Positions 17,691 through 55,149 of a stretch of 64,000 nt of DNA are shown one piece after another. This DNA is from Amoebidium appalachense. Taxonomy: Eukaryota; Protista; Ichthyosporea. Within the stretch, counting starts at the first letter, position 1; each line of letters starts with the position of its first letter. Where the stretch lies: positions 10,072,468-10,136,467 of the forward strand of contig CAVNZM010000004.1 in the NCBI GenBank assembly GCA_963693365.1. Direction: 5' to 3'. The notes under the pieces are model-generated. The model saw only the letters and a program-made list of their open reading frames with translations. It searched no databases and was not told the origin of the DNA. A program made the translations under genes and the position numbers.

Positions 17691-18495
17691 AATCTAAAAG
17701 CACAAGCATGAATAGCTATTACCTTTTGGTGAGTTTCTGTAAAATTATTTATTTTTCTTTTGTTTTCTCTTTTAGTTCTAGTCGATATTTAGTCAAGCGG
17801 TTGAAACCCTTATGAAGCCTCCTGTGTGCTGAATTTGAGATTTGAGTTTTCATATCTGACATTTATTTCCGGTTTGTTGTGCGGGTCAGTCTAGGCACTG
17901 AATGCAGAAAGGGCTTTTTTCTTCTTTCGTTCCCATTTTTCTTCCCCTGTGGGAACATCTTTCTTTCACATTTTCTTTGCAAATTCCGGTATTCGAATGG
18001 CTTCTATGAAGATGCAAAATAGCCCAGAATTACGGTAAAAGCACTCATCTCGAATGGAAAATAATGGATTTGGAATGTTTTGTTGTGTATTCTCTATAAG
18101 TGGAAAGAACAAAGTGCTGACTTAAAAGGCAAGTTCTGATGGTTTGTGAAATTCGGTAAAAAGAAGTTTTAATTTTTGAATATATGGATGGCTGGCCATC
18201 TTCGCATTAACTTAGTGATTAGTGTATGCGGAATGGTGCCTTTGAAGATAGATTTCGTGGCGAGATAACCGCCTTACAAGATACTCAATGAATATATATG
18301 ACACCGGAAGTCCTGGTGGGCTTATTGGTCAATAACGACAGAATAAATATGCCCCCTGATGGAGCAACAAAATAGATCTACCGAATATTCTGGGTGTGTG
18401 ATATATTTATGCTCTCTTCTAGGAATTTTTGATACATCATTCATCTGGCATAGAAATTAATACATAAATGCACCATGTGCAGTGAAAACACATAC

Positions 18496-18553
<58 letters not shown>

Positions 18554-19794
18554 CACATGCACATGCACACGCATACACACACACACGTGTGCGAGCAAAC
18601 AACACCACATAACCTACGCTATGACCCCACTGCTTTGTGCTGCACAAAAACCTCCGCTCATTCATGTTGACTCATACCGCATTCAGATCCGAATTCCGCA
18701 ATTCATCATCATCATGACACAGATTCGCTCAGAATTCGAAGTGCTGGTTAAAACGAAGGGAAGAAGACTTAGTACAAACTTAATGTTGGTGGTGGTGGTG
18801 GATGAGAGGGGGGGGAGGGGAGGGGGGGGGGGGGGGGGGGAGGCGAGCGTCCAAGAACTTGAGAGGGTACGCAGCCGCGGCCGGCGCGGAGGGTCCCGTT
18901 GGATTCTCCGCGCGGGGGGAGGGGGAGGGGGGGGGGGGGGAACCCACCACCCCACCAAAGAGGTGGGTCCGCCCTTCCCCGGAGGGGGGGGGGGGGACCC
19001 ACCACCCCGGTGGTCAGCTGAGGGGGAGGGGGGGGGGGGGGGGGACCCACCACCAGGGGGAACCTCAATACTTAATACTGCCCACCCCCCCATTTCAAAT
19101 TCAAAAATGCCGGGGTGTGCGTGTGCGGGTGGTTCTAATATGAATATTAGTAGGTCACGGTGTGTGGAGTATGACATTCAATTTGTGGATGTGTGATTTT
19201 TTGGGTGTTTGGTGTATAGTTGGTTAGGTAGGTAGGTGCTTAAATTGGGCTCGGTTGGAGCTGGGGAAGGAAGAGGGGGGAGGGGAGCTGGGGGGGGGCT
19301 TGGGGTGAATGGAATTCTTTTAGACAGAAAATGCGCTTCGCTTGTGTCTTTACCCCCCCCCCCCCCCCACACACACACACACCCCCCCCCCCCCCCCCCC
19401 CCCCCCCCCAGCTCCCCCCCCCCGCTCACCCACCCAACCACCCACCCCTTCTCCACTTCACCGATCCCTGCGGGTGCCTGCAAGTGCTCATATGAATATT
19501 CGGTCCATGCTGGGGCATAGCCTACTAATTAACTTGGCCGTTACAGAAGGGATGCGTGGAGGGGCAGACTAGGGGATGCAACGGTATAAACGTTTTAATT
19601 AACTATTCGCATTATGTACATGTGTATGTGTGTGCGGTGCGCCCTGGTGTATGTGAGCAAGGCGGATCTACGTACGAGCGTGACTCACATTGTTGTGCGC
19701 CAATCACATAAATTGTGTTTTTGTGACGGAGTGGGTGCGTGAGTGCATGTGCATGTGCAGTTGTGCCGTTGTAAGTTGCCGAGAGTTAGTTCCG

Positions 19795-19795
19795 G

Positions 19796-19883
<88 letters not shown>

Positions 19884-19884
19884 T
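19795..19884. repeat. (GCGT)n tetranucleotide microsatellite
   Basis: About 22 perfect units, directly visible. Confidence 0.95.
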
Positions 19885-20544
19885 GACAGATATACCACTG
19901 AAAATAAACAAAGAAAAACTTTGAATAGATAAAAATGAAATTGAGTTTACGAGGGGGAAAATCTCAGTAGTCAGTCACGCGAGCGTGTGATCATGATCAC
20001 CTTCGCATGCTCATCAAGTTGCGCACACCATATTCCTTACGAAAGCCCTCTGAATTTTAAATAGCAGGCACATCATGCAATGTGCTTGTATTTACCGTCA
20101 ACCAAGATAGAGCACAGCATCAGGTGCGTCGCAACATGAGCATTGCGGCCTCATCCACGCGTAAACGTGGCACTGCCGCGGCCGGCACCTCTGTGCCCCA
20201 GAGTTCGGAACGGTGCTCAGTGCTCACACAGCAGGGGTTACGTAATGTGGTGAATGTAAGCCATCGGAGAAAACGGAAGCGGCAGTATTTAAAATGATGC
20301 GCTAACAGTCAATCAAAAAAGGTGAACAACGGTTATAACATCATAAAATCTATAAAACTGCATTTTACCCATATTTATCAGCCGTGTTCTCAACCGGAAA
20401 GAAGGCCGCTTTGTTTCCCGGATGATGATGGCGTCAACAGTGAAACACCCACTGCGGCCCCACGGAAGTGCACAGGAACCAAAACTAATAGAAACGAGAA
20501 CTGTAGAATTTTTCATAGCGCATAAGTTCCTTCCTGGCAAAAAC

Positions 20545-40434
<19,890 letters not shown>

Positions 40435-41291
40435 AGATAAAGAAGAGTTCTGCACGAATCCGGATACAAACATCTCTCATGCGAAAATGTTGTATACCTT
40501 AGGAATTGGTGTGTTCAAAAAATGGCTGTTCTGTATCCGATGGAAGTTGTCGATTGTGGCGATACTGCTGGTTGAGTGGCCTTTACAAGTCTCGTCGGTG
40601 TCTGTGTACCATAGGATTCAATCGCGAAAATGCAACAGGTCATTATAAGCATGCGGGAAATGGACTGATTTATTAAGAAGACAAAAAAGTAGTTGAATCT
40701 CTTGTAAAGCAATACATGCAGAAAGTAAACGGCATACGAGGTTGGTGTTTATTTACGGTAAAAGTACAAAGTAAGCCGTTTCATCGTAACGACACAGATC
40801 AACATTACTGACTGCACACATAGTTGTGTAACCCAAAGTGGCCAAGCTTACAAACGAATCAAGTCGTATATTACATTCGGATTTTCGAATAATATATGTA
40901 CACATCGTCTGTACAAAAGCACCCAACTACAAGAACAAACGTGAGATACCTGTTGAAACTGTCTTCCAGTGGTCAGCTTCAACCCGTGTCTTTCGTGTGT
41001 GTGCATGCGGATATGCGTGTTTATTTGTGTGTATATGTGTGTGGGCTTGCATGTGCTGAAGTATACGACACCACCGGTGGTTCAACAGTGTTGTGTGTGG
41101 CCCTATGCAGGCATGCATAAGAGATTACATTACCTCTCTATTGCCCCACCTATTCCAAAGTAAATACAGTAAGGAGGCAGGGGCACTGTTACACATCCAT
41201 GTACCAAAAAAACACAAGGATAGAGGTAGAAAAAACGAGCACATAGAAACACGGGGGTTGAGAAAGGGAACGGAAACCAATACCATCCTGC

Positions 41292-44825
<3,534 letters not shown>

Positions 44826-45522
44826 TTTGAAAAATGCAGTGAGTTGGATGTTGTTTAGGAAGTGACACAGGCAATACTGAGAAGAAGAGGTGGATTTTGG
44901 AAAAAGAGAAAAAGATCTTATATAGTGAGAGGTAAGCCACCCTATCACGAACGACTGCGACAGCTACAGAAAACAACAAAAGCACCCTGTCACAACATAT
45001 CGATGTCAGCGCAGGAACGTGTTGCTTTTTGTGCCACCGCAAGAAAGAAATGAAGACACGATGACATCATCAAAATAAGGTCCGCCAATAGGAAATGGCG
45101 CCATCTTCCTCCGGTCCAGGCTGTCACACCGCTTCATTGGCATGCAGTCATGCTCACCTCGCTCACACGTGTATCATGTTGATACCGGAGCGATGGTATG
45201 CGCCTTCAACCCCCTGGTCCCTCTTCCCCCCCCACGGCTCCCCACCCTCCAAAAAAAAAAAAAACTCCCCCCTTCCCTACGGGGACACACACACAACCCC
45301 CCAAATTTAACAATACATATGCACGTGCACATGTACACATATACCGTGGCACACCATACACATACGTGTGTACACACACACAGTACTGCAGGCCTTCGGT
45401 TCCACCCAATCCCCCCCTCCCCCCTGTCAAAAAAAACAAAAAAAAAAACAAAAAAAAAAAACAAAAAAAAACAAAACTAACAAACACAGAATGTAAACAG
45501 GTACTGTAACAGTCCACAAGCG

Positions 45523-45559
<37 letters not shown>

Positions 45560-46284
45560 ACCACCACCACCAACACACACATATACACAATTTCCACACG
45601 CACACACTTGGCACTGCAGGCCGTGGGTCCCCCCCCCCCCCCCCCCCCCCCCACAAACAATGCATGTACTCATTACTTCGTACATGTATTTGATTGGCCG
45701 CCACAACCAGGTGGTTAGGCATTACAGTGTGTCACGTGCAATTTGGCATCACACATATTTTGGCCAAACATGGATGTGCCTCAACCAATCATCTGCTGTA
45801 TATATGATCTCCGCTTAGTGAAAACTAGTTCATTCGTTTCAGATTCATCAGATACACCGTGATATATAGTAGCATGTGCACGTATCACTCAAATTACGTA
45901 GCACATAACCGCTACATTGCAAAATAAAAGCTCTTGCACAAACTATGAATACACAACAGGTGCACACCTATTATACTAATAAATCTAGACACAAACGGTT
46001 ACCAGGTCAGGTTGGGAATGTAATTATGAAGAAATCAAAAGTGTCTCACACAAAAACATGTTAGGATTGGCGAATCATTCCATGGGGCCTACACTACAAG
46101 ATGAAACTTGATCTTCTCTTAATTGGTGCCATCACAAAAAAAAAAAAATAACCCCTTACATCAATGGTACACTGTCGTAACCAGAGGCTGAGGGTCTAGA
46201 ACGCTATGCTCCATGACAGGGTGACTCAGATGTGGAGGGGGGAGATTGCAGGGCAGGTGGTTTTAAAATAGTAACGTTGCATTT

Positions 46285-46358
46285 CTATTCGCTGCCCTCT
46301 GGCCTGCAGATTTCATTGACGCTGCCGTAGATAATGCCATCGTGGATAGCAACTAGCG

Positions 46359-46397
<39 letters not shown>

Positions 46398-46836
46398 ACG
46401 TGCGTGTGCGCAGGTTATCACAAAGGCTAGCCAAACTCAATTTTCAATCCACTGAAGTGTTGTTCAGCCAGGAAAAGGAACCACACACACTCGCACACCT
46501 TGCTACACACACACGAGAGGGCAAACCTGGAAGAGCGCCTAATAAAGAAGCAACCCAACAGCCAAAACGTAAACCAATTAAGAGACAAACACATGGGACC
46601 CAATAAGCTGAGCATCGTTAATCTCATTCCTGCATATGTGTAAGTGTACGGATAAAAACGTAGCACAACACTTACACCCGAGCGCTAGTATCCAAATGGT
46701 TCCCAGACTTCCAGCCATTTCATTCGTCGTTATTGTAGGGCTTTTCTTCGACAGTTAGTCTGGGTTCTTTTCCTTTTCACTTGCTCTTCCCTTCTCTTCT
46801 TTTCTTTCCTTCTTTCTTTTTTGGCTGTGTGTATGT

Positions 46837-46881
<45 letters not shown>

Positions 46882-47214
46882 ATGCATGTGTTAGAGGGTT
46901 GGAAATATGAAGGATACACCAAAGGACAAACTACAAAACGTCACAAAAAAAATGAAACCCCCAAAATCAAACAACTTGTTATTCCGCAATACTTGTGCTT
47001 ACCTTGACACTGTCCTTTGCAGACACCAAACAAGAGATGTTGATTTCCGATGCTCCTTGCGAAATCATCTCAATGTTGACGTCTGTGGGTGTGCATGTGT
47101 GTGAGATCATCGGTTTTTGGGAGGATATGCATGGATATTGCAAGCAAGGGTCTACTAACTAACAGCTAACTCGCAACACAGTCACTTGATTGTGCTGATG
47201 GTGTTTCCCCTCCC

Positions 47215-47250
<36 letters not shown>

Positions 47251-48489
47251 CCCAAAAAAAAACACCGACAAAAATCCCAACCACAGCGTGTCTCTTTCTT
47301 CCCGTTCCCGTCCCCGTCCCCGTTCCCGTCCCCGTCCCCGTCCCCGTCTCCCCCCCCCCCCCCCCCCTTCTCCACTTCTCCCCACCCCCTCCCCCCCTCT
47401 TTCCACCAAACACTGACACACTTAGCCTTGTTCGTAGATGTGAATAAAAATGTATTTGCATTTTCATAAATAGTGGTTGACGGTGTTAAGCGTGTGGTTG
47501 TGGGGCAGATGTAGGTGTACATGTCGTTTAGAGCAAAGATGAACTCAAGCAAGAAATACTCGAATCTCTGCAGGACATGTAGAAACAATAAATGTATGAA
47601 AGCATAATGGAAATGGGAACGTCGGAGGTGTGTGCCCATACTTGCTTCCCCAGGGGACAGAGAGAGAGAGAGAGAGGAGGGGGGGGGGGGGGGGGGGGGT
47701 CTTGCATGTTTATTAGTAATGTTCACTATATATGCTTTTCTAAAGCAGACATGCCCGTGGTTTCGAAAACAATACTAGAAAGGGAGGGGAGGAGCGAGTG
47801 GGAAGGAGGAGGAGGAGGTGGTGGTGGTGTGGGGGGGTGGGGGAATACTATTTTTAGCCAGGGTAGCAAACATGGCGCCTGCCACACCAATCGTGTGCTT
47901 CATGCGGCTGCCAATCAGGGACACGATGGCCATGTCCTCCGCACACGACACCTGACAACGGGCCAATGGCGTGTCAGCACGTACCAAGAAAAAAAATGTG
48001 GAAAAACATTGTGATTGGTGTGTGCATGTGTTAAAACACCTACGTGCGCAGGCAGGTGAACATATACCTGTGTGGTTGTGCCGTAGGATTATGTGTGCCT
48101 CGTGTTTCTGGCCTAAACCATGTGCATAGAGAAACACGCAGATTTTGGTGCCTTCCCAATGCCTCCCTTGTACGTGTACACTGACAATGGATTGAGGCAT
48201 GTCCAGGAATCTAATAACAGGTACGTACTCTTTCTCCTCCCTGTTGTCAAAGGCATGCCAGATGTACACCGTGCATGCATGTTTCTGTCCAATCTCTTCC
48301 CAACCTCAACGGAGAAGCAAAGCCAAGAGGATAGGATTGTGTGTGTGTATGTGTATGGTGGGGTGGTAGGGGAGGTAAAGAGGGGTGGAGGATGAGGAAG
48401 GTGTGTGTGTGTGTGTGTGTGCGTGCGTGTGCGCGCGCGGACGCACGTGTGTTGGAGGATAGAGGAGGACTCGGTGTGTGCGTGTTGAC

Positions 48490-48544
<55 letters not shown>

Positions 48545-49007
48545 GTGAGGGGAGGGGAGAGGGGCGGGGGGGGGGGGGGGGGGGGGGGGGGGGGTAGTAA
48601 AAGCTCACATTTGCGATCTCCTCTAGATCTCTGACTGCATCGGTAACAGACGGGCTGGTGGGAACCACAATGGAGATGGACACGGTGGAGGTCGACACCT
48701 GCCATATATGGAAGGTCAGCATGTATGCACCCCAACAGTGTTCTATTGGGGGGGGGGGGGGGGGGGGGGGGGGGTTTTCACTGCAAAGGACAAAAGACTC
48801 CACACACATGACACAGGCTTGGCCTATGGGTCATAAGAACACCCGCAAGCCCCCATCCACACAGGGCCACAAGTCAATCAGTCAAAAGCAACATGGATGA
48901 GTAAAAAAAGACCTCGGTGGAATGGAGAAAGACACAGAAAACATTGCGTGATGGGTGTGTGTGTGTGTTGGGTGGGTGGGGGGGGGGGGGGGGGGGGGGG
49001 GGGAGGG

Positions 49008-49044
<37 letters not shown>

Positions 49045-49045
49045 G

Positions 49046-49117
<72 letters not shown>

Positions 49118-49223
49118 AAAAGGGATGATTGGATTAATTCACGTAGGCGTGGCAAAGTGGGTGGCCAAGTGGATGAGGTTGGGGGTGGAGGTAAGTTGTG
49201 GTGGTGGTAAGGGAGGGAGGGAG

Positions 49224-49262
<39 letters not shown>

Positions 49263-49840
49263 AAACTGACCATGGAAAGTTCGAGCTTGTGCTTGTCGAC
49301 AATGGCCAGTGCACGTGCACTGAATCTGGAGGGAGGCATGTTGACCTTGGGGGTCAGGTTGATCGAGGCCACCCCACTCTTGATCGACACTGCAACTGCA
49401 CCCCGATTGTGCGAGTTGGGCAGGTCCGCATAGTTGCTGGCTGGGTCGATAACAGTGCCTGAGGGGGGTTGCTGGTTATTAAAGGGGGGTTTTAGGGCTG
49501 ATTTTATAAGCGCTCTCGGGTCAGGCCATAATGATGTTTAATGCGCGTATGGCTAATCTTAAAGTGAAAATCTCTTTCGGGCCTGACAATCTGACTCGGA
49601 ATGTTAAAACGAAACCCCTAGTGAATCGTGTATGGAAGGGAATAATGGCTACCACTTTCTCGTGCCCACAAGGTGGGGCGGGGGGGGGGGGGGGGGGGGG
49701 GGGGAGGGGGGGGGGGAGGGGGGGAGGAGTAGGGTAGGTATATGTGGATGGTTACGAGTGATTGAGGGCTGATGTAGTGAAGTACTTTGTAGCTTTGCAA
49801 GATGCCTTGTGTTCCGGGCAAACGGTGTGTGTGTATGTGT

Positions 49841-49885
<45 letters not shown>

Positions 49886-50391
49886 GGGGGGGGGGGGGGG
49901 GGGGCAAATACCTTGGACGGAGGGCTGGAGAGTGTTCTTGATGCGGATGGGCACATTGGCAGCAACCACGTGGGCCATGGTGAACGGATGGATCACCTGA
50001 TTGGCCCCAGATCAGCAACTGCATCTCGGCCCTCCCCCCCCCCCCCCCCCCCCATCTGTGTGCGCACAAACAAAAACACAAACACAAACACAAACACACA
50101 AACACACCCACACATCCGTGTATCCCTCCTCTCTCGGCCCAGAATGGAGAGGGCATGGGAAAAGGAGGTGGAGGGGGAGGGGGTGGGGGTGGGGAGGGGG
50201 AGGGGATGATGGAGCTTCGGTATTCAGTCCCGTTGAAACCGTCATAAAGCCAAATATTTTGATTCAAAAGGAATGGAACCCAAGCATACAAATGTTTGCA
50301 TACTCATATGACGCCATAAACTGGGCAGCCTCGAAAGATCACTTAGCTCAGCTCTGCCCCACTGCTTACTCCTGCACACGTACACGCATAT

Positions 50392-50428
<37 letters not shown>

Positions 50429-51371
50429 GTGCACGCACACACACATACAGAAAGAGAGGAGGAAGGAGGGAGGGAGAGAGAGGAACACAGTGTGTAAGAA
50501 AGACCCTTCCCCTTCTTCCGCCCGTCTCATCCTCCCCATCCCCCTCTACCCACTGACTCATCAGATTGTTTTCCCTCCTCTGCACCTTTTCTTGTCCTTG
50601 CTCAAGGATACAACCACCCATACCCATGCTCAGTAAAGGGAGAGAGGGGTGTCCATACGTGTATGTTTGTGTAGGCGGATCGGTGGAGGGAATGGGTGGA
50701 AAAGGGGGGGGGGGGGGGGGGGGGGGGAAGGCAGCAAAACAAGATGAATGGATAAAATGCCCAAAACTCACCTCCGAACCGAACCAGCTCAACTCGGCTG
50801 CCTCTGCAGGTGCAATGCGATCCAAAACACGGGCAGACTTGACCTTGCGCTGTGTGTGTGTGTGTGTGTGACCGGGTGAGTGAGTGTCTGTGTGTGAGCA
50901 CGCGAATGGGTGTGTGCAAGAGCCAACTAAGAGAAACATGCCATAGGCTCTTGTTCAGCAGGAGTCTTCCCCCCTGCTCCCAAACCCTTTCATCTCCACA
51001 TCAATTTCTTTCTGTACCTAAAGTCGCACATCCCATAAAAATCCACATCATTTGCCCACAAACGAGCACACAACCAAACACTTCCATGCCCCATCCAAAC
51101 TCAATGCAAACAGAAGAAGTGACACCCTATGCATCGTCAGTAAGTCATGCAAACTGTAAACACGTCATGCCATGACTATGCTGTTGACTGAAGTCCGAAT
51201 CGAATCGGGCCAGGACGTACCGGGTCAGCAGAGAATATGCCGTCCACCTCCTTCCACAGCTGCAGCTCTCGGGCCCTAATTTCGGCCGCAATCATAGCAG
51301 CCGTGAAGTCTGCATAGCCGAGAGGGGGGGGGGGGGGGGGGGGGGGACGAGCGGGAGGGGCGAAGGGGGGA

Positions 51372-51410
<39 letters not shown>

Positions 51411-53273
51411 GGGGGGGTGGGAGGGAGGATGGATGGGTATGTGGGGGAAGGGGGGTGGGGGGTGGGAGGGGGGACGGGGATTAATGAAAGCATAAAGCAA
51501 CTTCTCTCTTCCTCATACACACACGCACCCATACACACACACACACACACGGACACGCACGCACGCACGCACACACACACCGTCTCTTTCTCTCTCTCTC
51601 TCTCTCCCCCTCTCCCTCTCCCTCTCCCTCTCTCTCTCTCTGTGTGTGTGTTTGTGTTTGTGTGTCCAGGGGGAAAGGGCATGCATCGAAGTGGAAAGAC
51701 AGGGTTAGGGTTAGGGTTCCAGGTTTGCTCCCCGGTTGTTACTGCTTGGTTGCTATGCATGCAACAGAATGAGAATACTGAAGCCGTATGTGTGAAGGAT
51801 TGCAAGTGTGTGTGTGTGTTTGTGTGACTGTGTATGTGTACGTGTGCATGTGTGTGTCTGTGTATACACGGCACCAATATTAGCATGTGTCCATACACAT
51901 GCCTGCGTGTGCCCCTGTCACTATGGGTGGGTGTACTAAGCAGATAGTGTGTGTATGTTTGTGTGTATATATGCCTGTGTGCATGTGTTGCGTGTGCCTA
52001 TGCCTGTGTGCATGTGATGTATGCAAACCTTTACAGATGAGCACGTGCAATAACCCAGCACTATACACCAATAGGGTTAAACCCTACCCGAGTAACCACG
52101 GCCCACGGTATCGATCATGCCCCCGGGCACATCACCAAAGAACCCAGTCACTACAGGCACAGCCTTGGTCACCTGCACAGGTAGGTGTAAGCAACGGTGG
52201 AAGGTTAGGGGGGGGGGGGGGGGGGTGGAGCGGGGGGGACAGGAAGAAGAGGGTGGTGGTCCTTTGCAGTCGAGGGGCAGGGGGAGAGCATGGAGATCAA
52301 ATGCCAGGACTACAAACGGCCGGGGGGGGGGGGGGGGGGGTTTTGAATGCGTCAAAAAGTACGAAGTACACAAGAACAAACGGATAACACGATGCAGAAT
52401 GCAAGCCATACATAAAGAGTATGCATAATAAGCAGAGCCCATCCTCAGGGGGGGCCCACGTCATCCACAGTACCCGAGTTTCGACCTATTCCCCTCGTTA
52501 ACGAAACCCAACTCAGATACTGTTTCACTTGAACATGAGTAGGTCACCCGTCTTGATCAGAGACGAGCAGGGTTGCTTATGCAGGCAAGGGCAGTGGGAA
52601 AGGCCGGGGGTTAAAGTTGCAGCAGTAAGCAGAAGCAAGAAAAATATAGGGGGGGGGGGGGGGGGTTGAATGCCGAACACCGTACGAAGTACGCATACAC
52701 GAAGGACACATGCAAAGGCAAACATTCAAGTATGCAACATCAGCCATGCGCACCGTATGCGTCATAAGCAGAGCCCATCCTCAGGGAGGGCCCAAGTCAT
52801 CAATTGCGTCTGAGTTTCGGCCCCTTAGCCCGCGTATATACGACTCTCCAACTCAGACAGCAGCATCAACTGAACTTGATAGGGTCAGCCCGTCTTGATC
52901 AAAGACGAGCAGGGTTGCTTTGCAAGCAAGGTGAGCAAAACGGTGAATTTGTGTGTGCAAACTAATGCAGTGCAGCGGAAAATGTGTATGTGCTTACAGA
53001 TGCACGACACAGAGCAACCATGCCCGGTTGCATGGAAGTAAAGCGGTCTCCACACAGTGGTCTGTCCTGAAAGGACACCTCTGGGGGGGGGGGGGGGGGG
53101 GGGGAGGGGGGGGGAAGACGGCAGAGGAGCATGGGGGAGGCCAGGGGCTGTCCAGTGTGCACAAAGGTAGCAAAGTGCGACAAAGGGGGAAAGTCAGTAG
53201 TAGTGTGTGGGCCGGTGGGCTGGTGACGCGGGGGATAGGGTGTGACCTAAGATGGGCTGGTGTATTTGTTTGT

Positions 53274-53312
<39 letters not shown>

Positions 53313-53894
53313 GGGGGGGGGGGGGGGGGGAGGGGGGGGGGAGGAGGAGGGAGGGAGGGGGGGAGGGGGGGGGGGGGGGGGGGGGGGGACAGCAGACACC
53401 CCGCATGCCACGTTGCATAAATATGGTGAAATATGAAGGGGGTGCGGGGGGAAGGTAAGATGTGTTACAGGTCACAAAGTACACGTTCACTGCGGACAAA
53501 ACCCTGCCGACGTTGCAAACAAGAACACGCACGAAGAGCATCCATTATAAGTAAAGCCCATCCACAAGGAAGGAGGGGGGGGGGGGGGGGGGGGGGGAAG
53601 GCTAGAATGTGTTATAGAGTGCGAGATACACATTCATGACGGACAACATGCTGCAGATGGGGGGGAGGGAAGGGGGAGGGGGAGGAGGGGAATATAAACA
53701 GAGACCAGGTTCGAAATACATAATCAGGAATTACATAATCTTTCATCGGAAGTGAGGGCGGAAGAGGGGGGGAGAGGCACATACATGTTCATTCACAAGG
53801 GCAGCCATGCGGCGTCTAATCTCACCGTACAGGTCTTTGGGGTTTTCCCCCGTCTCAAGAATACTGTCGAGGTTAATATAAACAGCCTCGACAC

Positions 53895-53969
<75 letters not shown>

Positions 53970-54381
53970 ACGCGTGCGCGCATGTGTGTGTGTGTGGGGG
54001 GGGGGGGTTTTGAATGCGTCAAAAAGTACGAAGTACACAAGAACAAACGGATAACACGATGCAGAATGCAAGCCATACATAAAGAGTATGCATAATAAGC
54101 AGAGCCCATCCTCAGGGGGGGCCCACGTCATCCACAGTACCCGAGTTTCGACCTATTCCCCTCGTTAACGAAACCCAACTCAGATACTGTTTCACTTGAA
54201 CATGAGTAGGTCACCCGTCTTGATCAGAGACGAGCAGGGTTGCTTATGCAGGCAAGGGCAGTGGGAAAGGCCGGGGGTTAAAGTTGCAGCAGTAAGCAGA
54301 AGCAAGAAAAATATATAGTGCATGTGTGCACGTGTGCACATGTGTGCATGTGTGTGTGCGCACACGTGTGTGTGTGGATGT

Positions 54382-54414
<33 letters not shown>

Positions 54415-54867
54415 GGGGGGAGGGGGTGGGTGGGTGTAGGCACGTGTGCATGTGTGTGGGTTAGTAAGTGACTGTGTGTGTGTAAGTGTGCATGTGTCTG
54501 TGGGTAATCGTGTTGGGTGTGCATGTAGAATTTGGAGCTCGTGTGTGTGTGTCTTGGTGCCTGAATTCGTGTGTGTGTGTGTGTGTGCTTCTGTATGTGA
54601 ATATGTCAGATAGTGGTGGTGGTGGTGGTGGTGGCAGCAGGGGAAGGGGGGAGGTTGTATGAGGTCACAGGGGGTGGAAGACAGAACAGGGGCTAAGTGA
54701 GAAGATTGTGGGGGGGGGGGGGGGGGGGGGGGGTGGAATGTATGAAGAGGGTACGAAGTACACAATCATAACAGACAGCACGGTGCGGAGTGCAAATCAA
54801 ACAAAAAGAGTATGGATAGTAAGCAGGGCAGATCATCCGTGCGCGTGGGCGGGCGGGCGGGGCGGGG

Positions 54868-54904
<37 letters not shown>

Positions 54905-55100
54905 TTAGTGGGCTCACCTGACTCCTGCAGACAGCTGCCAAGATTTTTGCTGCCAGCTTCTCTCCCATTCCAATAATAAAGTCTTGGGTGCGGGGTGATA
55001 ATTCACCAATCACCTGAGAGCACACATAGAAGCCTGGTTAAATGGGTTGATGGGGTGCAGGGGTGACTGCAAGTGTGAGTGATGCAGTGAGTGTGTGAGT

Positions 55101-55149
<49 letters not shown>

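Noticed and set aside
18670-19145. Repeated GGGG(A)ACCCACCACC motif and MITE-like terminal words
   Set aside because: No matching terminal inverted repeat pair or TSD found; the region is dominated by G runs of uncertain accuracy.
51310-51322. Intron end encoding LGYA, echoing the preceding exon's RGYS (intron gain by duplication?)
   Set aside because: Nucleotide similarity is too short and weak to distinguish from chance.
51701-51718. Telomere-like AGGGTTAGGGTTAGGGTT
   Set aside because: Only about three units inside an intron; expected by chance in repeat-rich DNA.
52422-52583. The intronic element as a hammerhead or HDV ribozyme, a lysine, TPP, glycine, SAM or FMN riboswitch, or U1, U2, U3, SRP or MRP RNA
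   Set aside because: Only isolated words match (CTGAGGA and GAAAC, GCCGAA, GAACTTGAT, TCAAGTG..AGTATCTG, TGATGA/CTGA). Their order, strand or required pairings fail, or they are not shared between copies. A formal Rfam search is still needed.
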